A stretch of 64,000 bases of DNA from Octopus sinensis (GCF_006345805.1 NC_043002.1:59458001-59522000), one strand, 5' to 3'; positions 39,848 through 52,920 are shown, numbered from the stretch's first letter. The notes: a model not told the origin generated them from the sequence alone. Translations and numbers: made by a program.

Positions 39848-40150
39848 AACATCCATCCATCCTTCTTGTCCTTCACTATTCTCGGAAATGTCGTGGGGGT
39901 ACGGTCTGCAAGAATTACAGCCGTCATGCTTGATGCTCGAGCGAGATCAACTAAGACTGTACATGTTATCTAAGCATTTGGTTCCTTGTATAACCCTAGG
40001 TCTCCTGCCATTTGGCTCGGCTTGAAGAATCCGTCTTACGATTCTTTTCTGCAATTTCTGAAACGAGAACATTTTTTAAGAGGGAACTGTGTGATTCTAG
40101 AAAAATCTGTTTATGTTTTCTAGGAGATCAAGTAACTATTACAATTTTCC
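39848..40150 (-). mobile_element. RTE-type LINE 3' fragment with (GGAT)n tail
   Basis: Minus-strand KRIVRRILQAEPNGRRPR...KCLDNMYSL resembles the RTE C-terminal 'G.RPRGRP..RW.D' motif. It ends in ggatggatggatg. Confidence 0.6.
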
Positions 40151-40679
40151 ATCTTGGTTCTGTTTCGTATTGTTTTCAATCTCTTCTTATAACCATTGTT
40201 TTGCACCTCCGGTACAACCATTTTCAAATTCTATAGCAGATCAATTTATTAAGACATTGCTGGCGCCATTCTTTATTAGTACCTAAATATATTTGAATAA
40301 AAATTCTGCATCTCACATGTTTATGTGACGATAGGCACCACTGTATTGCGAAGATCGGCTTTTAAAATTATTTTTCCTCAGCTTGGTTAGTTTCCGATCT
40401 TTGTACTTCCTGCTGTTACAATATCCTTTCTGAATCATTCCGCTTTGAGTGGGGGAGATAATTACATTCTTTGCTAAATCAGCTATTTTATATTACGATA
40501 TATCATCGAAATATCACGGCCTTCTGTTTTTCACTATAACTTGCCACATTTACCACACATTGATAGTTAAAACTTTATAAATCTATTCATAATTAAAAAC
40601 TATACTTGTAGCTAGGAGGCACAGATTTGATAGAATATCCGTTAATGAGCTAAGCGTGATAGGTTCATACCCTAGGCGA

Positions 40680-41056
40680 GAGCATGGCTGTGCAGTTAAG
40701 AAGGTCGCTTTGCAAGCCATTGATTCAGTTTCAATCCCACGGCGCGGCATATTACGCAAATGTCTTCAACTATAGCTCCTGACCGCCAATATCTTGCGAA
40801 TTAATCTGGTTGACAGAAACTGTTCTGAAACCCGTCCTTCGTCATATACAATCTTTTATTCTTCTATTATTTTGCTTGCATCAGTCATTAGACTGCGGCC
40901 ATGCTGGGGCATCGCCTTGAAGAATTTTTAGTCGAATAAATCGACCCAGTAGTTACTTTTTGCTAAGCCTGGCCTCCTTTACCGAATCGCTAAGTTATGG
41001 GAACATAAACGCACTAAGAGCGATTGTAAAGCGGTGGTGGGGGACGAACACGGACA

Positions 41057-41115
<59 letters not shown>

Positions 41116-41235
41116 GTTTCCGTCTACAAAATCAACTCGGGCGCAGGCTATATAGAAGACAATTGCCCAAGGTTCCACACAGTGGGACTGAACCCGGAAC
41201 CATGTGGTTAGGAAGCAAGCTTCTTACCACATAGC
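40680..41235. mobile_element. Two SINE family A copies tail-to-tail (40680-40850 +, 40858-41235 -)
   Basis: A degenerate head on the + strand, and a reverse-complement copy with (CA)(TA) core and ttgggcaa/gggactgaacccgg motifs. Confidence 0.75.
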
Positions 41236-41295
41236 CATGCCCGCATTAGTATATATATATACTATATATATATATATTAGTATATATATGTATAT

Positions 41296-41350
<55 letters not shown>

Positions 41351-42633
41351 CAGGGTGGGGAAGCAAAATTTACAATGAACGTTAAGTTGTTTTTTCTCAG
41401 CAGGAACTAAGTCAATTGTTTTGAAACCTAACATATATTGATGTCGTAATCATACCTAACACTATTATCCTTACCTTTTCAGAAACTTTTGCCCATATGA
41501 GTAATCAGGAAAGCAAATGTCAAAGAGTGTGTGATTTGCTAAATGCACTCGTCACACCAAAGGAATTTCAAGAATAGTTAGCGTGTCCATAAAGACTGTT
41601 TATAATGTAAAGAATATAATGACTATGAGCAAAACTATTATGAGGAGGTCTGGAAGTGGAGGAATCAACAAAAATGTACCAAAGCTTTTATTAAAGCTCT
41701 CAAATCCAAAATCCTATAGGATCCAACCAAATCCATGAGAAAAATGGCAATTGAACTTGAGGTAGTCAACAAGACCATTAGAAATGCAGTAAAATATGAT
41801 TTGAGGTTAAAATCTTACATAAGAACACCACAATACTTGTTGACAACAGCTATGAAGGAAAAGAGATTGGAAAGGGGCAAGAAAATTATTACATGGTTCA
41901 AGGAAAACGCCTCCATTGTAACGATCCTTTCAGATGAAATGATCTTAAGTGTCGATGCTGTTCTGAACCGTAGAAATGACAGATTTATTGCAAAATCAAC
42001 AGCTGAGGTTAAGGGGACATTCAAAACAAAACATCCTGCTCAAGTTATGGCTTTTGGTGTTGTGGCTTCCGATAGAAAGGAAGTGCATATAAAATTCTAC
42101 AAAGCTGATGAAAAGATCAATGTTTATACTTACTACAAGACTCTGAGATACCGGGTATTGCCATGGCTTAAAGCAAACTACCCAGATGGTAATTATGTAT
42201 GGACACAGGATGGTGCTCCAGCACACACAGTTAGAAAAATACAAGATTTCTGCAAATCCAACTTTAGCAATATTTTGGAATCATGTTTATGGCCACTTTC
42301 TAGCCCAGATCTAAACCCTCTGGATTATGTTATTTGGGGCGTTTGAGAACATGCTACTAATAGAACATCACACAGTAATGTCGACTCTCTTAAAAATACT
42401 ATTAAAGAAGAATGGGAGACTTTCTCTCCCGAATATTTGAGGAACACTTGCGCAAGTTTCAGGAACCGTGTGAAGGCAGTTATTGAGAAAGAAGGACATA
42501 TAGGATAAAAACAGTTTCTGTTATGTAAATTTTCTTGTCGCAAATAATTCTCATGATTTCAATAAACTAATTGGTCATACAATGTCTTTCAATCCCTGCC
42601 TCAAAATATTGTAAAATTTGCTTTCCCACCCTG
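41351..42633 (+). mobile_element. Tc1/mariner superfamily DD37D (maT) transposon, full-span
   Basis: 26-bp TIRs CAGGGTGGGGAAGCAAAATTTACAAT (41351-41376) and 42608-42633 (24/26 identical). TA TSD inside a (TA)n tract. 1283 bp. Confidence 0.95.
41497..42508 (+). pseudogene. DD37D transposase pseudogene
   Basis: ATG at 41497 with 5' frameshifts. Catalytic motifs ILSDE, WTQDGAPAH and SSPDLNPLDY, with 37 residues between the second and third Asp. In-frame TGA at 42344-42346, after which the frame continues to EKEGHIG*. Confidence 0.95.
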
Positions 42634-42638
42634 TATAC

Positions 42639-42683
<45 letters not shown>

Positions 42684-43716
42684 GTGTGCGTACAAATATA
42701 TATATATATATATGTATATATATAATATATATATATATATATTATATAGAGAGAGAGAGAGAGAGAGAGAGGGGGAGGTATGATCTAGGCTCCCGTGTGT
42801 ATGAAGTGAGTGAGATTCATGCCATAGTATAGAGAACAGGAAGTGAATATTATTGAATATTATGCAGTAGAATATAAAAAAAAATGATTGCCAGCTGGAG
42901 TGAGCTACATCTAGCGGACGAGTATCCACCACCGAGAATGAGCACAAAGAGGTCGAAAGCGTACGGGCTGGTATTCCTGTGGCTGGAAGATGGTAACCTG
43001 TCATTTTTAAGTGGCGATAACCGTTACTTCCCAGTATAGTTACTGCTTTCATCTCTTATGGAAATTTTTCTTAAATAGCGAATTAGCCTGTTGCAAATTG
43101 TATAATTTCTCCCCTCGTGGAAGTTACGAGGAAGTTCGATAAGCTGATTGTTTGATACAACTCACAGTTAACGACTAACGCTGTTAAGAATGCGAATAAA
43201 AATCCAAAATTAATGAGTAGAATAGGATATAGGCTACATATGTTTCTTCACTAACTGAAGTACGTTATGTTATTCTTACGGAACGAACTCTCCTCAGCTA
43301 GCTAGTCGGGCCAAAATTAGCCCCAGGATTTGTACATCTGTATGTGTGCGAGTGTGTGTCGCTCCAATTTTAAGAGGACATTCGTTATCATCCTAGCTGT
43401 ATTTTTCGCCAACTTATTTTTCCCAGAGGCACCAGCGAATAGCAGCGAAAATAAATTTTCAACCAAAACTTTTAACAATTTTCGAGTCGGAGAAATCACC
43501 ATTGTTTGCAAACAGGAGTTAAGTCCCCTTCTAGCGACGAGTAAGTTTTTGTTAAGACTTTTGTTGTTTTTTTTTCCATGGAGGAAATAAGTGTTTTGTT
43601 GATAAACGGGCAACACACACACGAACATGTGTGCGTACAAAAAAAACATGTATGCAATAGGTGTACGTACGTACGTGTGTATGTGTTGCCCATATATATA
43701 TATAATATATATATAT

Positions 43717-43912
43717 ATCAAAATAAGCAACAAGGATATCCAAAGGTAATGCAGTACGATCGTTTCTTGCGACTTCATTTAATTAAACAATGCAGGTATT
43801 ACATTAGTTTTAAATGCAAAACTGATGTAATACTTGCATTGTTTAATTAAATGAAGTTGCATGAAACGATCGTACTGCATTACCTTTGGATATACTTGTT
43901 GCTTATTTTGAT
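43717..43912. repeat. 196-bp near-perfect palindrome of a dispersed repeat
   Basis: 95-nt arms (43717-43811 and 43818-43912) with 5 mismatches and a 6-nt loop. Single-arm copies at ~17478-17580 and ~36022-36095, each abutting (TA)n. Confidence 0.9.
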
Positions 43913-44010
43913 TATAATCACCCCATTTTTAATTATATGTATAATACATACCAAATTCTGGTGCCTTTAACTTAAGTACCATATTCAACAGAATCTAAAT
44001 TTTTAGTGTA

Positions 44011-44071
<61 letters not shown>

Positions 44072-45360
44072 TATATAAACCAATTTCAACGGATTTCGCC
44101 CAGATTTGACGTTGATGTTACTTAGTTTGGTTTGAAATAAAGAACTTGATTAGCTTAATAATCCTAACTTAATCGCGAGCAAAGCCGTTTTGTACTGCTA
44201 GTCACTGCTAGAATCACCAAGCTTGCCACCAAATAACCCCCAGTCTAAAGCAATAGAAAAATGAAAAAAAAAAAAAGAACTTTGCTTTGACTTCTCTCTT
44301 CCTTTAGACTGGCCATTACTTGGTTGCAAGCCTGGTAACTCAGTGTTTGTTTGTGTCTTCTGACAGCGATGTAGACTTTGTTGTGGTAACTGTTCTGTAT
44401 CACTTATTTCTCAATTAGTTTCATTCCTTTTTGTTTTTGTTTTAGATTTTTCTTTTATATAATCTTTGTTATATTCCTTCCTCGGTCTGCCACGTTTTAC
44501 CAGCGCTACACGGATATTTAACTTTAATATATAAATAAATAAAATAGACGAGCGAGTTGGAAAAGAAAATATGTTACTTATAATTTTGTCACATACTAAT
44601 ATAATTAATAAAACGAAATAAGCAATAGCTTGTGCTTGCATTTTCATTAAAGTTTGAACTTTAAAACATAATTCGTTTGTTTTTTAAACAGTTCATATTG
44701 GAAAACTGCGTCAGTAATTTTTAACTTTCCAAACGAAGTACTCTGATATTTTGTTTGATCTCCGGTGCAGTATAAAGTCAGAAAGATTAAGAATCACTGA
44801 TCTGTACTAATATCAAATACTTTTTAAGAATATTTTGCTTAACGTAAGCGGTAATTTCTTGAAAGGTGATTGGTATAAGAACTTGAATTACGATGCTTAT
44901 AATAGTTACACAATTTCTCTCAATCCAACATACATTGATAATTAGAACGTTAATATTAACTCCACTGAGAATAAGGAATTTCCGGATAAATTCACGAACA
45001 GTTAACACCAACCTGTTTTAAAGCAAAAAAGTATAACATTGCCAATGATGAATTTATGATCTTACATTGCAATTTAATAATATGTAAGCAATCAATCTAA
45101 TTGGTTTGTAATATCCTATTTTGCTGGTAGCGCAGATTCGTTGCCTGCTAATTACTTGTGTCAATTTCAGAAACGGTTTCCTGATTACAGCTTTTGATTC
45201 TGTTCTTCCGAATATATAGGTAGCACATCACCTTTCAAATTTATTAATTATGTATTTTAATTCCGGAATCATGTAAAATGTGTTCTCTTAATTCATTGAA
45301 ACATCTGTTGCAGACCAAGTGTGAATTATGCGCGGAATTTTATATAGTTTTAGATAGAAG

Positions 45361-45900
45361 CAGGCGCGGTTGTGTGGTAAGAAGCAAGCTTATCAACCAA
45401 CCACATTGTTCCGCGTTCAGTCCCACTGCGTGGCGCCTTGGCCAAATGTCTTCTACTGTAGTCTCAAGCCGACCAAAATTTTGAGAATGGATTTGGTTGA
45501 CGGATACTGATATGTGTGTTTGTGTCCAGGCTTGATCGCCACTATCGCATGGCAACAGGAGTTGGTTTGTTTACGTCCTCGTTACTTGGCCTTTCGGCAA
45601 AAGATATCAATAGGATAGGTATCAAACTTAAAAGAATAAGCGCTGGGATTGATTCGTTCGAATAAAAATTACTCAAATCGGTGCCCCACCGTCAGCTGTC
45701 AAGTGGTTGCGGGGAAAAACACAGATACAAAGATACATACACGTTGACACACACATATACACGCTAAACCTCTTTCAGTTTCCGTCTACCGAATCCATTT
45801 TGGTCGGCCGGAGGTTATAGTAGAAACACTTGCGCAAGGTGCCACTCGGTAGGACTGAACCTAGAATCATGTGGTTGGGAAGCAAACTTCTTGTCACACA
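45361..45900. mobile_element. SINE family A copies (45361-45690 +, 45775-45900 -)
   Basis: Head ggcgcggttgtgtggtaagaagc...gttcagtcccactgcgtggcgccttgg, and a reverse-complement head at 45775-45900. Confidence 0.75.
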
Positions 45901-47039
45901 AATTCGCCTGCATCGATAGCTAGGACTGCACCTATGACCACGCCTGTGTCTATTCATTATACTACACATAAGTTTCATAAACTACAAAATATAAATGTTC
46001 ACACTACCACGCTCGAAACGTACCTATTATAACATTTTATCTCGATTTGAATGTACGTGAAGCTATTTAGAATTTCCAAACATATTTCTGCAAATCTGCT
46101 AAGCACTTCTGCTGATTATAGTTTCATCAATAAGGGTAGGAGCGAGGTAAATGCCGTAAAAAATGGGTCAGTGGGACCCCATTTAAGTGGCTCTTCAGAA
46201 ATTGAACCTCTTTACGATACTCCATAGGAGTTCATGGCATGAAATTCACTGCCATTGCTCCGATTTAGGCGCCAATGCCATGTATTTAATTTAAGATGCA
46301 GCAAAAAATAGAGAGGTCAGTGAGGCCCCAATTAGTCGACGCTTAAAAAAAAGAGACCCCCTTTGGACATTCCCTGGGATTAGGGAAGTTGCTGGTTTGA
46401 GTTTCGTTGTCCATGCACCAACGGTCTGGGAGGAGGTAACGAACATAAAAACGTAACGGACAGAGAAGTACCATTCAAATTTAAAATAGGATATCTGCTA
46501 TTTATTACGGAAAAATATTGGATAAAGTTCATGCTTTTTTACTGATTATTGACAATAAGAAAACATGGAAAGCATGTTTCGCCAGTTATGATGCTGAAAA
46601 CACCAAGGTATAAAATTGTCTACATTACTTAGCAAGGTATAAAACTGTTCAACTTTCCCGTTTAAACCTTTCCGTTTTCACCTAAGCATTTGCATTTCAT
46701 GTTTATGCTAAGAAATATCTATTATATAAATATGTAACTAGCTGACACTGGCATATTCAAGAACACTAAATGGTTATCAGGTCACGAATATTTCACGAGG
46801 GTTATATTGCTATCCAAAAGCACATATGTCCTTATGCTCTGTGATTAATGGCATATACTTGAGGCATACTTCCAGGAACTGCAATGGCTTCTAGCAACTA
46901 GAAATATAAATTAAAATTCATCAATTGAAGCTAAACTTCCTACAATCATATTTGATTTCTATTTAGCATTTGTTCTTCAAGCACCATTTTCCCCAAAGGA
47001 TAGTTACCTTCACAAATAGTAGCACCAATTACATAAGAT

Positions 47040-47505
47040 AGGTGTGTGGTGAGAAGTTTGCTTCCCAACCACGTGGTTCCTGGTTCAGTCCCATTGCATG
47101 ACACCTCACCATCATCATCATTGTTCGACCGTGGTCGAGACAATGGAATTTACCATGCTACGCTAGACTTCACGGTCCATCATAGCATTACGGAGGTCCT
47201 GTTGCTGGATGCCCGTATCCCTGGAGATTACATCAGAGTAGGAGAGTGTGCGCCCTCTGGTATTGGGAGAAGATGGCTTCCAGAGGAGAAGAGTAGAAAT
47301 TACCCCTTTTTCAGCTCTACAACAATGTCCAGCAAACTGGACTCTCCTTCCTTTCACAAGAGATGACATAAGTGGTAGTTTCCCATACATTTGCATTTTG
47401 GTTGGATGACGCTTCCACGAGAGTCGAGCGTCTTCTATTATAGCCTCGGGCCGACCGGTACCTTGTGAGTGGATTTGGTTAGGGGAACCTGAAAGAAGCC
47501 CGTCG

Positions 47506-47546
<41 letters not shown>

Positions 47547-47855
47547 TCATTCTTTTATATGTATCGGCTCTGAGGCTGTAGCACGCGCGCACACACAGAC
47601 ACACACACATGTTTGTATATATATATGTATGTGTATGTGTGTGTGAAAGTGTTTTTGTGTTTGTGTTTCTCCCCAACACCGCTTGACAGTCGGTATTGGT
47701 GTGTTTACGTTCCTGTAACCGGGCGGTTCGGCAATATCGAGCGATGGAATAAGTACCAGTCTTAAAAAAAATAAGTACCTGGGTCAATTCGTTGAAGGTG
47801 GTGCCCCAGCATGGCCGCAGTCTAATTACTGAAACAAATGGAATGTAAAAGATAA
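47040..47855 (+). mobile_element. SINE family A copy split by an RTE insertion
   Basis: Head at 47040-47106 and remainder from ~47427 (gcgtcttctattatagcctcggg...) to the aaaagataaaa tail. Confidence 0.8.
47108..47422 (-). mobile_element. RTE-type LINE 3' fragment with (GAT)n tail
   Basis: ORF 47163-47396 YGKLP...RRVQFAGHCCRA...LLLWKP...RGR...DREVW is a typical RTE C-terminus. It ends in atgatgatggt. Confidence 0.8.
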
Positions 47856-47949
47856 AAAAATCTTTCATGTGATCGATTAGTATGACAACATCAACAACAA
47901 AAAACACCATCAATAAAAACAATAATAATAATCCTTTCTGGTCGCTGCT

Positions 47950-48034
<85 letters not shown>

Positions 48035-48670
48035 GCCATATTGTTAGTGAGTGCTGTAGGATCGCACAAGGTGAATATAAAAAGAGACACGACAATGTGA
48101 CCAGATATGTCCACTGGCTGTTGTGCGGTAATGCAGACCTCGAGAGAGCCGAAAAATGGTATGAACACAAGCTATAGGGAGTAATGGAAAACGAACATTA
48201 CAAAATACTCTGGGATTTTAACATGCAGTAGGATCGAATCATAGAGGCGAGGCGACCAGATATCGTGCTCATCCATAAAGATGATAAAGAAGTAAAGGTA
48301 ATAGATGTTGCAACACCAGGCGATTCGAGGGTGAGATTTAAGGAAACAGAAAAGATTGAGAAATACTAGCCACTGCCAGACGAGATAGGAAAGTTATGGG
48401 GCATGAGGAAAGTAATGGTGATACCGGTTGTAATTGGTGCATAGGAGCAGTTCCCAAGGGCTTTGAAAGACATATTAACAATATTGGAGCTGCTGTCAGG
48501 CTCGAAGTGATCCAGAAGACAGCATTTTTGGGTACAGCTCGCATTCTAAGGAGAGTATTGTCTCTTTGAGTCAGAGGAGAAGGCACTAGTTGAAACCTTT
48601 GGTGATTTGTTATTGCCTGCTTTCATGTAAATAATTAACAGTAATTAAGAACTATCTGAGTGTCTTTCAT
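48035..48670 (+). mobile_element. 5'-truncated R4/Dong-type RLE LINE inserted in (AAT)n
   Basis: HIVSECCRIAQGEYKKRHD (end of CCHC knuckle), KILWDF, ARRPDIVL, VIDVATPGD, KIEKY, IPVVIGA, LGTARILRRVLSL* (stop at 48567-48569), with internal stops. (AAT)n at 47952-48033 and (AAT/AAC)n at ~48670-48745. Confidence 0.9.
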
Positions 48671-49002
48671 AATAACAACAACGATGACAACACCAATAAC
48701 AACAACAGCAATAATAATAATAATGATAATAATAATAACAATAATAAATACACAACATCGAAAATAAATATTTTAGAACAAATACAAGGGTAGTCCTCAT
48801 TCATTATATCTATCAATCCACTTAAATTACTTTACATATACATAAAATACAAGAATATTCTCCCTTTAAAATAATTAAATTCGAAACTAAAAGCCTAACT
48901 ATAAACGATAAAACAATTTAAATATTTATTCTAATTGATTTGAGTACATCGACTTTTATATGAGATATTTGTTTAATCATCACTTAATATTGACATTGGT
49001 GG

Positions 49003-49370
49003 AGGGCGGCGGGCTGGGAGATCCGTTAGCATGCCGGACAAAATGCTTAGTAGCATTTTGACCGTCTTTACGCTTTAGTTCAAATTCTGCCGAGGTAGAC
49101 TATGCCTTTTATAGTTTAGGAGTCGATAAAATAAGTACCAGATGAGCACTGGGTATATTTAATCGAGTTAACGCGTCTCTCAAAATTGCTGGCCTTGTGC
49201 CAAAATTTGAAACTGATTTTGGTTTTGGCAGAGGGCGGCGAGCTGGTAGAATCGTGCGAAGGCACCAAAATGCTTACCAGCCGTTCTTACGCTTCTACGT
49301 TCCGAGTGCAAATTTCGCCGAGGGCTTTTTGACCTTTGTCCTTTCGGGGTCAATGAAATAGATACCAGGT
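49003..49370 (+). mobile_element. Two diverged SINE family B copies
   Basis: ggcggcgggctgg... (49003-49200) and ggcggcgagctgg... (49232-49370) heads with the ggggtc(g/a)at core. Confidence 0.7.
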
Positions 49371-50559
49371 GAACACGATACAAAAGTCTTTTGAATTGTT
49401 GCTTGAAATGAGAAAGCGCGGTCTCCTTGACATTATTAAAGTCCTTAGTGAAATGCTTCAGAAACAAACTGAAACTTCGTTGTTGTTCCCGTTTCTTAAG
49501 AGCTTACCATTTTTTCTCAGACACGTCCTTGAAACAAACTTCTAAAGAATGACCTGTTACATTGCTTGATATCCAAACCATTGTAATAGGTGATTATATT
49601 TAATTTAAACATTCTTAACAAGTTGGCATCACCTCGGAAGATGCAAGAGACCATGCTTAAAACTGAGATTATTGGACACATCCTGTTGTGGAATGTACAT
49701 GCCAAGTGTATTGGAGAAACTGGGAGCAGATTCCTTCAATACATACCCTACTGATCCAAGGAGATATTGCATTATTAACATCGGAGACCTTTGAACATTA
49801 GAATGTAAGCAAATATAATCCAATATATTGGTGTTCCCATATTGGCCCCAAACCAAACATCCGTTTTGGAGTGGTACCAGTGATTATTCGAACTCTTTAC
49901 ATATTCGTTATGTATTTTAGCATCCAGATTTGGTCATAGATTTTCGAAAAGCAACATTCTTATGTACTGAATTGTATTTCGTCCGTTGTTATATTTTACT
50001 GTCGCATCACATATTTCCTGTCTGCATTATTGATTTCTAACACTGTTGCATAACCACTTACCTGTAGGCGGGTAATGTTATCAATTGAATCAATCCTATT
50101 GCATGCCAGGTAACGCAGGTAACGAAATATAAAGAAAACCTGTCAGCATGTAAATTCTGAAGAACGTTAGAATGAAAGCGTTTTATCATTTCTTCAATTT
50201 CATTGCTTCCTTAACTTCTTGTAGAAAGAAGCTTTTTGCTACTTTTTGCTTTACTCCTGGACACATTTAGCTAATCCTATTGTAAAATATACACCTAGTG
50301 CTTATCTCCGATGACTTAAGGCCAAGAATATGTGGTATAAATATTTAACTAGTGAGGATAATGATTTAGCTCGAGAACATTTTCTTGTTGCAAGGAAATA
50401 ATTCTGTTCGGCAAGACGGCGAAATTCTTCGCTGATTCCACAGAGTCTTCTCAGTCAACAGGTGTGATTCATCTTGTGCGCTGGAGATAAATTTTAAGTG
50501 GAGTGGGAAATCTCACTTTGTGATTTACCTCCTAGTTCACAAGGCTGCTAATGAATATT

Positions 50560-50895
50560 ATTTCCTACTGGAGTTGAAACGAAGTTCAACGAGACTCGGC
50601 GCTATTTCATAAGGCTAGGACAACCCAAGTGCAGATGCGTTTTCAATTTCAATATCATGTTCGCCCAGACACATGACCTCCAAGCTCAGCAGACTACTCA
50701 CTGGACTTTTATGTATGGGGCGTAGTCGAGAGAGAGGTCAATCATTACACCCATGACTGCATACAACCTCCCAAGTCCGCCATAACCAGCACTGAATCCA
50801 AAATCGATAAAGATCATCTAATGGCAACGGCATGTCAACGCTTCTGACCCCGTAGCGAAGCAGCCATTGATGCTAAAGTTAGATTTATTGAATAG
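50560..50895 (+). pseudogene. Ancient maT-type (DD37D-like) transposase C-terminal remnant
   Basis: QRDSALFHKARTTQ...*PPSSADYSLDFYVWGVVEREVN...ACQRF*PR.EA.IDAK.RFIE*. The D-to-D spacing is 36, consistent with 37 minus one lost codon. Confidence 0.75.
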
Positions 50896-51188
50896 ATGTG
50901 ATAAAATGATTCTCAAGATTATTTGTATCAATTTGTTTCCAAATACAGCTTTTCTTTGATGGGCTATGAGTCTTTTTCTAAATTCATACAAATGGCCTAA
51001 AAGCAGTTGATGCACTCTGTATGTATATATTTATCAATTAATGAATGCCAAAAAGAAGAGTTACATAATCGCCTTCATTGGCTTACCACTGTTTCTGCTT
51101 TCAGAATCATGCACTCAAAGGTGAATGTTTAATTGTTTTACAAATGAGAGGTTGATAGTAACTTCCAGGTTTCGTCTGAATTGAATTT

Positions 51189-51232
51189 TCAGTCTGACGA
51201 AGGTAACTCAGAAGAAACTGCAAAGTCACTGA
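51189..51232 (+). ncRNA. Degenerate minimal type I hammerhead motif
   Basis: Stem I TCAGT/ACTGA (5 bp), CTGACGA (51194-51200), GAAA (51214-17), stem III CT-GCAA-AG and a GTC triplet. Stem II (aggtaactcagaa) cannot pair. Confidence 0.5.
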
Positions 51233-51254
51233 CAATAAAAGTTGCACACTGGCG

Positions 51255-51545
51255 CTCCGTCGTTTACGACGATGAGTGTTTTAGTTGATCCGATCAATGA
51301 AACAACCTGCTCATGAAATTAACATACAAGTAACTGAGTACTTCATAAACACGTGCGCGTACCCTTAAAAAGTTCTCCGGGAGATTCAGCGTGACACAGA
51401 ATTTGACAAGACTGGCTCTTTTGAATTGATGGTACAACTCATTTTTGCCAGCTGAATGGACTGGAGCAACGGTAAATGTCACCGTATGCTGAACTCGTGA
51501 CCTTACGATTTTGAGCCGAATGCTCCTAACCGTTAAGCCACGCGC
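51255..51545 (-). mobile_element. SINE with family C tail but a different tRNA-like head
   Basis: Minus-strand head gcgtggcttaacggttagg...gagttc, middle ttgctccagtccattcagctggcaaaaatgagt, then the ctgtgtcacgctgaatctccc...gacggagcgcca tail shared with 30095-30470. Confidence 0.7.
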
Positions 51546-52335
51546 TTTCACTCAAAAGATTCACACACACACACACACTTACACATACACACACACACAC
51601 ATACACACACACACAAACACACACACACTTACGCACACACAAACACACACACACACACACACACACACTTACACACACACAGACACACATGAACATACAA
51701 CGCGGTCTTCTGCACACTTTCCGTCAATCGAATTTCACTACTTGCAAGCTAAAGATCGACGGGAAACCGCAGCACCAAGTACAAGACACCGCATCGAACC
51801 CAGAACCACAATGTTGAGAAGCGAACTTATTAACCACGCTTGCACACTAACCCCCTAGTCCACCATATAAATACCCCTTCCCCCACCCCGCGAACGTCTT
51901 GCCACACCATTTCACACGTATCACATATGATAATGCACTAAATTTCCGCTTTCTGCTCTCTGTACAGCGCCATATTTGATGCGTTAGTGCATCTCATATG
52001 TCCCTATGTTCTTTTGTTCTATAACATTCCCACGTGACTTATGAAATGATTCTGACGTTTAAAGCAACTTTTCACACGTCATTTAACTTTGTTATGTTTT
52101 ATTGGTTTTTAAACAGACAGCACGCTGGCTGTAATCAGATTAACGATGGGTTATGGCGCTGTTTCTGCTGGTTTGCTGCTATAGTGCTCGTAGCTTTTTT
52201 TCTTTTTTTTTAGGTCCTGCTGCTGATGATGATGTTTGTAGCTTGGTATTGTGGTGATTATAATGTCGATGATAATGATTATCATTATCATCACCTTCAT
52301 TATTATTATTATTAATATTATTATTATTATTATTA

Positions 52336-52371
<36 letters not shown>

Positions 52372-52454
52372 TATTATTATTATTATTGTTGTTGTTATTG
52401 TTTTTGTTGTTGTTGTTGTTGTTATGCTGTTGTTGTTTTGTTGTTGTTATTTTT

Positions 52455-52920
52455 GTCATTATTTCTTCCGGCTCATTACGTTCTGAGTTCAAACTCCACC
52501 AACTTCAAATTTGCCTGTCGTCCTTTAAAGGTCGATAAAACATGCACCAGGTGAGCTCTGGGGGTCGATATAACTGACTAAACTCCTCCCCCAATATTTC
52601 AGGTTCGGTCCCACAAATTCTTCTTCTTCTTCTTCTTCTTCTTCTTCTTCTTCTTCTTCTTCTTCTTCTTCTTCTTCTTCTTCTTCTTCTTCTTCTCCTC
52701 CTTAAGGCAGCGTGTTGGCAGAATCGTTAGAACGCCGGGCAAAAAGCTTAGCGGCATTTCGTCCGTCGCTACGTTCCGAGTTCAATTTCCGCCGAGATCA
52801 GTTTTGCCCTTCATATTTTCGGGCTGGATAAATTAAGCACCAGTGAAACACTGGGGTCGATGTAATCGACTCACACTCCCTCGAAATTTCAGGCCTTATG
52901 CATTTAGGAGAAAGGATTGT
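52455..52920 (+). mobile_element. Two SINE family B copies separated by (CTT)n
   Basis: Cores at 52455-52600 and 52703-52920, with a (CTT)n run at ~52618-52698. Confidence 0.75.

Noticed and set aside
42905-42975. CGGACGAG...GTCGAAAGCGTACGG hammerhead-like string
   Set aside because: The first box is mutated, stem II does not pair and there is no UH cleavage triplet.
44170-44202. cgcgagcaaagccg...ctgctagt resembling a Helitron 3' end (also gtcagctagt on the minus strand near 46740)
   Set aside because: The hairpin is poor and no matching 5' end or second copy is identifiable.
49600-49800. KCIGETGSR resembling the GIY-YIG 'YIGETG' motif of Penelope endonucleases
   Set aside because: Only a six-residue resemblance amid stops. 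The upstream GIY/CxxC motif is not recoverable, so it needs a profile search.
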